DNA from: a virus
DNA length: 64,000 nucleotides
Virus record (IMG/VR): IMGVR_UViG_3300042526_000097
Location: 1 to 64,000 of that record
Reading direction: 5' to 3' (one strand)
In this document: piece by piece, positions 48,401 to 57,400 of the stretch
How the letters are laid out: the number at the start of each line of letters is the position of its first letter
Position numbering within the stretch: position 1 is the stretch's first letter
Program-made: the position numbers and the translations under genes
The notes under the pieces: generated by a model
The model's database searches: none
Seen by the model: only the letters and a program-made list of their open reading frames with translations
Told to the model about the DNA's origin: nothing

Positions 48401-51400
48401 CTAGCACAGGCTAGACAGATCAATGGTAAAAAAGTAATGCATAAGCAGTTCAGCCCTGAATACCTTGAGAAGACTATACTTGCCAAGTTTCCAAGAATAC
48501 CACAGAAGGGTCTCTTTGGATTCCCTAGCATTGTTCCGTTTGATACCTTGTATGAGAATACACAAGGAGTACTGTCTTCAATTCCAGGACTAGAATCAAA
48601 CATCAGTAAAGCAGTAGAACTACTAAGAGCTGAAGAAGATCCTAACCTTACAGAACTAGCAGACAGATTAGAGAAGGCTGATGGAAGAACTCAAAGAGAA
48701 TTCATTAAGGTAATGAACATGCAGTACAATGAGTTCTATGTAGTCAATATCAATAGAAGAACTAATAACGGTAACAACTACTCAGAGTCTAGAGTCTTTG
48801 GAGCACAAAGATATTCCCAAGACCAGATGATTGTAGAGAGATGGAAACAGTCTCAAGTCTTAGCTCCTATCATTAAGATAAGACCTAACGGTGAAAGAGT
48901 AATAGATGTAGACAGAGCTAGAGTGCATGCAGAAGTTATAAAGATCCTAAGTAAGTTAGATAGAGTAGATGAACTTACTGATGAGAATGTAATACCTTAT
49001 GCTATGATGTTAGCTCAAGAGGTAAACAAGTCCCCAGAACTTCAACAGTTCTTTGAAGGTATCAATTTAGTAGAGTTAGTAAATGAAGAGAGGGTACGTA
49101 CTAGATTACCTAAAGAAGCACAAAGGCTACAACAGAAATCTCTTATAGCAAAGATGTTTGCTGAGCATGGTATAGACCTAAACAGTAAAGTGCTAGATGA
49201 CTTAGCAGCCTACTACTATAAAGATGGTAGAAGAATGGATGCAGTCTCTAATAGTCTTAAGAATACTAAGATGAGATCTTCTTGGATAGGACAGTTCTCT
49301 GAAACAGAAAGTACTGGTAAACCAAATGGTATCTTCTCTGCTTTCTTCTATGCAGCTGCAGGGATGTCTAACAGTAATGACATTGACTCTGAAGTAACAG
49401 AAGACCTTGAAAATTCAGTAATACAAAACAATCCACTCTATACTGAATCTACTACCACTAAGATCCTTGCCAAGTTTGCACGTAAGCATGTAGACAAGTT
49501 GTTCAATGCAGTTCATACAAACTTAGAGGGTAAACAGATATGGGATTACTCCCTACCTACTTCTTTGAGTAGAGCAGTACTGGACCTAACTACTAATCAT
49601 AACAACTACACTGAGAAGTTAAAAGCAAGTGTATGGGGTAATAATCACTACTTAAAGGAGTCAAGACTATCTAACTTAAAGCTAGGATACTTTGAAGGTC
49701 TTAAGGTTGATAACTCTCAGACTGGTACTATACGTCAAAGAATGTCTGATAGACAACAGCTATTGTCCTCTATTCTTCTCTACCAAAACCAGGGTAGAGA
49801 CAGTGCCTTTATGGTATCACTTACCCATTCAGATAAAACAACTACACCTGTATTCTCTGGTATACCTAAAGTAAATGTAGTCTCTGATGAAGGTGGTATA
49901 TCAAAAGATGTTATAGAAGCTTTCTATACAATCTTTGAAGGAGAGTGGCAACGTATACTTCAAGTACAGAAGTTAAAGAAAGATCAAGGTACTACAGGTT
50001 CAAAGTCTATGGATACTAGTGGTCAACACTTCTTGTTACTTCCTAGTTTAAACTTTGAGAGTTTATCTGATGCTGAGAAGTTAGTTCTATTTGATGAAGA
50101 TGGAAATGTAAAAAGCTTTTTAGATGAAGCAGGAGTTGAGTTCATAAAGAGTAAGATAGGAAATTACTTGAATGTAATCTTTGATGATGCTAAAGCATAC
50201 TGGGAATCCAATGGAATTACTAATGAACTCTTAGACAGTACTTATCTAACTAAGGCTTATAAAACCTTACAAGGTACTGCAGCCCAAAAAGCTGAGATGG
50301 CATTAGATACTGCAATAGCTGATTATGTTTTCAACTCTACACTTTGGAACATGTCTTCAGCTATAATGTTGATGGGTGATCCAGCCAATGCTGCTTGGAA
50401 AGGTAATGTTGAAAAGACTATGGCTGAGTACACTAAACGTCTTGCTAAGGATATTGCACCTAGACAGCAGTTAATGTTTGAAAGACAAAGCTACTCTCAA
50501 TTGACTGTAGCTGATGTGGAGATGAAGTATGAGTATGCAACTAAGTTTGGTAGTAATGTACAGAAGTCAGTAGCTACAGATGCCCAAGAGTTAACAACTG
50601 TAAGAGAGCACTTAGATGTGATGAGAGCAGCTGGTAAGGTATCAGATGATATGTACAAGACTCTTATAGCTAAGGTTAACAAGTTTGATACTAAAGAAGA
50701 AGAAGACTTTACACCTGAAGAGTTGACAGCAATGTTAGAAGATGGTAGTGGTCCTATGCAACCTAACAAACCAATATATGCTGGAGTAAGGTTTAAGAAT
50801 GGACTAGTGCTCTATGACTATATTAAAAGTTCATCTGTACCTTTATTTCCTCAATTCACTAAGAACTCTGAGCTAGATAAGGTAAGGTTACTTATGGAAG
50901 GTAAAGTACCAGGGTTAGACAGGTTTAGTAGATTAGTATTTGAATCAGGTAGTAAAAATGGTAACTCTAATGACCCTTTAAAACTCTTCAGTGCTGATGG
51001 ATCTTTCTTAGAACCTACTCCTGAAAAGCTTATGTCTAATACCCGTATGCTTGATAGAGCTAACTTTGGTATACAACAAGAGGTTCCATTTGATATGAAC
51101 AAGGATGAGGTCAATGTAATTACTCAGATGGATAAACTTATTGTAGAGGGCATCTTAGGTATGGGTAACTTTACAATTGGTAATCAACTTGGGGTGTCAG
51201 GTTCACAGGTAAGAGCTATGAAGGAAGATACTCGTATCAAAGCTGCTAGAATTAAACTTAAAAAACTCTATGAGAAGTTAGGTGTAGCTGACAACACTAA
51301 GACTATCCCTGCTAGCAAAGTAATCAAGATGCTTATAGAGGCTGCAAGAGAGAGTGAGTTCTCTCCTAATGACATAGCCTTACTTGAGGATACTTTAAAG

Positions 51401-54400
51401 ATTACTAATGATGACAATGCTGTAGAAGTATCAACCTACCCACTATTCTTTCACTCAGCTGTAGAAAGGTTTGAGAAGTTAATACTAGCTAAGGTCAAGT
51501 CTATCACAGAGTTTAAGATGCCTGGTAAGTCTTATGTACAGGTATCTAGTATAGGATTAATACGTCAAGACAACCTATCTGATAAAGCTAGATTAGGTGT
51601 TATAACTGTAGGTGACTTTGACATGAGTAAACCTTTACGTCACATGCAGATTGATGAGACTACGGGAGAAGTAATCCCTGCACAAGTTATCATGCCATTC
51701 AACTTTATGATTGATGGCAAGAAAGCAGACATAAGAGATTACATAGTAGATGGTAAAATAGACTTAGATAGAATACCTAGAGAGTTACTACAGTTAGTAG
51801 GGGCCCGTATTCCAAACCAAGGTCACAACTCTATGATGGCTATAGAGATAGTAGGGTTTACACCAGACTGGATGGGGGATGCAATAATTGTACCTTCAGC
51901 TATTACAGGACAGATGGGGTCTGACTTTGACGTGGATAAGTTATTTACTTACCAAAGACCTTACATGCACAACAGTGCTACAGGTAAGTTTGAAACATAC
52001 CAAGAGACTGGTACTAACATAGGCTCTTCTCCAGAAGAGTTTGACGAGTTAGAGAACTTAGCCAATAAGAGAATGGAAGCCTTAGGATACAAGAAGAATG
52101 ATGATGGTAGTTTCCCTAGAAGAGAAGTACGTAGAACTGTAGAGACTATAGCTAAAGAAAGGTATGGTGATGAAGTACCTACACACCCTATAGAAAGAGG
52201 AGAAAAAACCTTAGAGGAATTACAACAAGACTATTTCAATATACACTGGGGAGTTCTTACACATCCTGAGATGTACACTAAGGTTATGAAAGCTTTAGAT
52301 AAAGGAGATTTAGGATTTGATAAAGGAGCAGCTAACAACTTGTTTGAACGTAAGTCAGAAGGACCTAATATGTTTTTCTCACCTATATCTCAATTGAAAA
52401 CTTTTCAATCAGGTAAGGATGCAAAGGACCTTGTAGGTATGACATCATTGTCTTCTACTTTTGATTCTAATCTACAGAATAGAAGCTTAAGACTAGGTAC
52501 TTATGTAAAAGATACTAAGTCAGGTGAAGTTTCTGAAGTAGAAGATTCAGTCTTATTAGATGGTATTGATCTTACTACAATCTCAGGTGAGGCATTGTCT
52601 CAAGGGTATGAATCTAAGTTCAACCCTGATGGTACTCCAGACTTTAGTACTTGGTATTCTAAACATGATAATATTACCATAGACCAGTCAGGTGCAGTAG
52701 ATAATGCCAAAGATAGAAGGTTAGATAACCTCAACATTACTATGGCTACTTACCCAGCTTTTGATGCTATGAATAAACTTCATGGTGAAACCAAAGATGG
52801 TAATAGATCTGTAAGTAAGTTGTTCCAATGTGCCCTTTCCAACCAAGATATACTAGTAGAGTATACTAGAGAGTACAGAAAAGGTAATGATAGTCTAAGT
52901 GAAGAAGAGGAATACAGTGTAGACTTAAGAAGTACTATAGTTAAGTCTTTAAAAGAAAAGTATAAGAAGCTTTATAAAGAATTAACAGGAAAAGATGCTA
53001 CTTGGGATGATACAAATGCAGTTAACCTAGACATGAAAACTCTAACAAAAGCATTTAAAGAATCTCAAAAAGGTGAGGCACTTAGTCCTGAGTACTACTT
53101 AACACAGCTTAAAGTTTTAAGTACTTTTGATTATCTATCTTCTATAGGAGAAAGACTTAGAGAGTTACAGAAGACTCTTAACCAAGATACCAATGGTGCC
53201 GGTCCTAACCTACTTTATGTTTTACAACAACTAGATAACTTTGACAACTTATACAAACAGAACTCTACTAAACTGTTTTTAAATGAAGACAGTCTTATAA
53301 GTGGACAGATGAAAGAGTTGTTTGATATGACTGTCCCTGTAGCTAAGGACCTTTTAAGTTCTGTCTTTCCTGTAGAAGCTATTAAAAATGTAGTAGGTAC
53401 AGTAGCATCTTACCAAGGTAAATCAATGAGTCAGTTATCTTTAAAGACTCAGAAAGATATAGTAAGACAGATGAGATCTTTCACTGTTTCAAGTTCTCCA
53501 GCTCTTGCTGTAGACACTACAACAGAAAGGGCTAGACTCTTGTACGGTACGGATACAGTAGACTCTTTAGCTAAACGTGTTGAGAGAGCTAAGATGCTTA
53601 ATCCTGATAACACTTTCCTCAAAAGATTAGACACTAAGATAAACACTGTAGGTAGAGGCCCTGACTTTGTTTCTACTATAATACAACGTAGCGGTAGAAT
53701 GACTGACAATGCAGTTATACAAGACTTTGCAAGATTGTTACAATCAAATGACCAGTTCTTAAGAGAGCTAGGAGAAGACTTAGTAAACTATGCTTTAACA
53801 CTTACACCTCAAGCTAGTTCTACTTCTATTGTAAGTAAGATACCTGCAGGGGTAATACTTGGTACAGACATAGCATCTCAGTTACGTTTTGAGGACACTG
53901 TACTTAAAGCTATGGGTAACATGCCTAAAGGATACATTGACCAATTACATCAACACAGTCCTTCTCTAGCTACCAAAGTAAGTAAGAAGATTATAAAGAA
54001 AGGTCTTTCTCAGTATGAGGTAGATGGTAGAGAATATCCTGAGGTACTAGCCTTACAAGTTAAACACTTAACAGCAATAGAGAAGATTCAACTTAGAACC
54101 TTTAAGCCTACTCCTATTGAAGAGAAGTTTGCACCATACTTAAGGTTCTATAGTAAAGAAGAAGGTAAAACTATACTTTATAAACTAGTGTCAGAAGGAA
54201 ACTTCTTAACCTACCAACGTATAGATACCTTAGGTAAGAAAGGGGTAGTAGAATACAACTCAAGTGTTCAAGGGCCAGTACGTTCTTTGTTCCCAGAAAA
54301 TAGAGCAGCCTTTGACTATAAGTCAGAAGAGGTATTAAGGTCTCTAGAAGTTGCTACTGAAGATTTGATTAACAAGACTAGTGATCCAAACAATGCTTAC

Positions 54401-57400
54401 AGTAGATGGGGTATTACAGATGGAGGACAGGATGTTCTTACTAGAGGACTAGAGCAACTATCAGCTGATAGCAGTGTACCTACTTACTTAAGAACTTTAT
54501 CACAAGCCTTAGCAGAAACAGCTGAGAGAACTTCAGACTTAGAAGCTAGAATGTCAATGGACTACGCACTGAACCCTTTGACAGTTAAAACTACTACAAG
54601 TGGGGGTAGAGGCAGTTATAATGCTGGAAGTAATACTCTATCTTTACGTTTAAATGCTGATGTAAAGAAATCTGCAGTAGTCCTACTACATGAGACTCTA
54701 CATCAGAGATCTAGTGCACTGCTTCATGCATTAGGTTGGGTATCTAGAGAAAGGTTGAAGATACAGAATAGTGGTATGTCTGAAGAGACATTTGAAAAAC
54801 TGTGGCAAGAGTATCAGACTAAGTCGTTAGAGTTTGCTAAAAAGAACCCTGAGGTTTATGAGAAAGTAAAGGAGTTAGACAGATTACGTTTACAAGCATT
54901 TGAACAGTTAAAGGCTCAGCTAATATCTCAAGGTATTGACATGGATGCTAAGATGCAGGACATCTTTAGAGACAAAATAGATGGTAGTAAGGAAGACAAG
55001 TTACTCTACAGTCTATCTAGTATGTCTGAGTTCATAGCTCATAACCTTACTGACTCAGACATGATGGAGTTTCTCAACACTGTAGAGTCTACAACTGAAA
55101 GTTCTTTTATTGACAGGTTAATAGACAGCTTCCTTAACTTCTTCTCAGAGATGATTAATGCTCTAGGAATAAACTACAATGATAAGAGTATACTAAAAGA
55201 ATGTCTAGCACTGACTTATGACATCACCGGCTTGAATAATACAGAAAGACTACAAGGTATAAATGAAAACTTTGCACCTCAATCAGTCTTTGCAGACACT
55301 GAGTCAATGGCCAATCATCTACAGAATACTATAGAAAATGTATACAATCAGAATGTAGTTAGAACAGATAATCATCTAGGACATCTGTTGAACATAGAAG
55401 AGAAGTTACCTAGCACTCCATTTACAGGAGGAACTGAATTCTTTAATGAGACTATTAATAAACTCTCAAGACAACTCCAACAGTTAGACAATACTATGGC
55501 ACGTCCAGTAGTAACTGATGAAGACCGTAAGCGTAGAAACCAGGCTTTGTTAATATACAATGAAGCTAAAGAGGACTATGATAAACTGTCTACTTCTAAG
55601 GATGAGATGCAGATGATGGATACTGCTACAAGACAACTAGAGTGGGTTAAATCTGTAGTATCTAAACCTTCTATTCACTTACAAGAAGTTACAATAGCTT
55701 GGTCTATACTAGATACTTGGGGTAGTATGTCTGATATCTACACTACTAACTATATACCAGGTGATGTAGTTAAAGAGACTCTACAGAATGTAGAAGGTCT
55801 TGCTACTATACTCTCTAAGCAAATGCTTAAGCAAAGTATGTTCAGTGTAATTACAGCAGGAGAAAGACAAACAAATATTAAGTTAACTCCTGAAGACTTA
55901 GGTCTTAACTTAAAAGAGTTAGGGTGGCTAGAGAAAGAGGTTATAGCTTTAGAAAGAGATATGAACAAGGCTAGTCAGATGTTGACTACGTTTGCTCAGT
56001 ATCAAGTACAGAATGCCCAATCACAGTTTAGGGATTTAACTAATACACTTAAAGAGTTTAAGAAACTAGTTGATCCATCTGACTATAGTAAGTTCATACA
56101 AGAGAATGAAGAAGGAAGTGTCTTTGGTCTTGTACAAGAGTTACATCCTAACTGGTTTAAGAAGACAGCTGGTGCCAGGTATCAACTTAAGAGTTGGTTA
56201 GAGGGTATGTTTGGATTAGACATGAAAGATCCTCTTCAAAGAGCTAGAAGATTAGATGGTGCAAAGGCAGCATACAATGCTTTCTGGAAAGACATGTTAG
56301 CAACTGGGGAAGTAGTAAGAATAGATAAACTACTAGACCTTGCAACAGGAGACCTTAGAACAGATCCTGAAGCTTTAGCAGAGATAGCTAGACTTAAAGC
56401 TGCTTCTAGAGAGAATCTAGTAGATGATATCATAGCTAAGTCTCAAGCAGACTATAAGAAGTACCTAGGTCTTAAGGCAGCAAAGGAAGAAGAGATTGAT
56501 AACAGTGAAAAGACAGCTGACTTTAACCTTACGCCTGCTGAAGAGATAGCCTATATGGCAATGTCCCCTGCAGACCAACTGACCTTTAAGCTTAGTACTA
56601 TCTTAAGACTTACTGTAGCTATGAAGGAACAAAAGAAAAGAGAGTGGGAATACTTTAACTCTCCTGTCAACTTCCTTAATACTATGCCTCAAGCAAGTGT
56701 ATCTATTGATGAGAATCTCTACTTACAAAATGGTAGATTCAAACCTTGGTTTGTACCTAAGAACATACCTGAGAACTTTGATAAGAAGTATGACATCATC
56801 AACAATAATGCTAACCTTAAGAAAGGGTATGACATACTCAAAAACTTATCAGAACAGTTTAGGTCTTATTTACCACCTACAATAGCAGAGAACTTACATG
56901 AGAACTTCTTACCTATTATCAGTCCTGAGATGATGGCAGAAGCTAGTGGGACACTAAGCAGACTTAAACAAACAGGTGTAGGTAGATCAATGCTTAACTC
57001 TATTTCAAGCTCTAGGACAGAGACTATGAAAAGAGATGAGGGTGGTATTCCTATCTCTTATGTTAGTGAGGCCCCAAGAGTTATAGATTCAAGAGGTAAA
57101 AGAACTAAGAAGATAGACATGTCTAAAGTAAGTACTGACTTACCTAGAATGTTTGAGATGTTTGGTGAGATGGCTATACATTACAATGCTATGTACCCGG
57201 TTGGGGAGATCATGGATGTAGCTAAGAGGTTAGTTATGGAAGAGAACAAGAACCGTGCAGCTAGAGGAGATAAAGGCCTTCCTAATCTAGTTAACTTAAT
57301 GAAGTTCTATCAAGATGCTGTAGTCTATAGAAAGTCTAAGCAACTAGAGGGTGTAGATACTACTCCTGTATATAGCCTTAACCCTATGAAGCACTATGCT

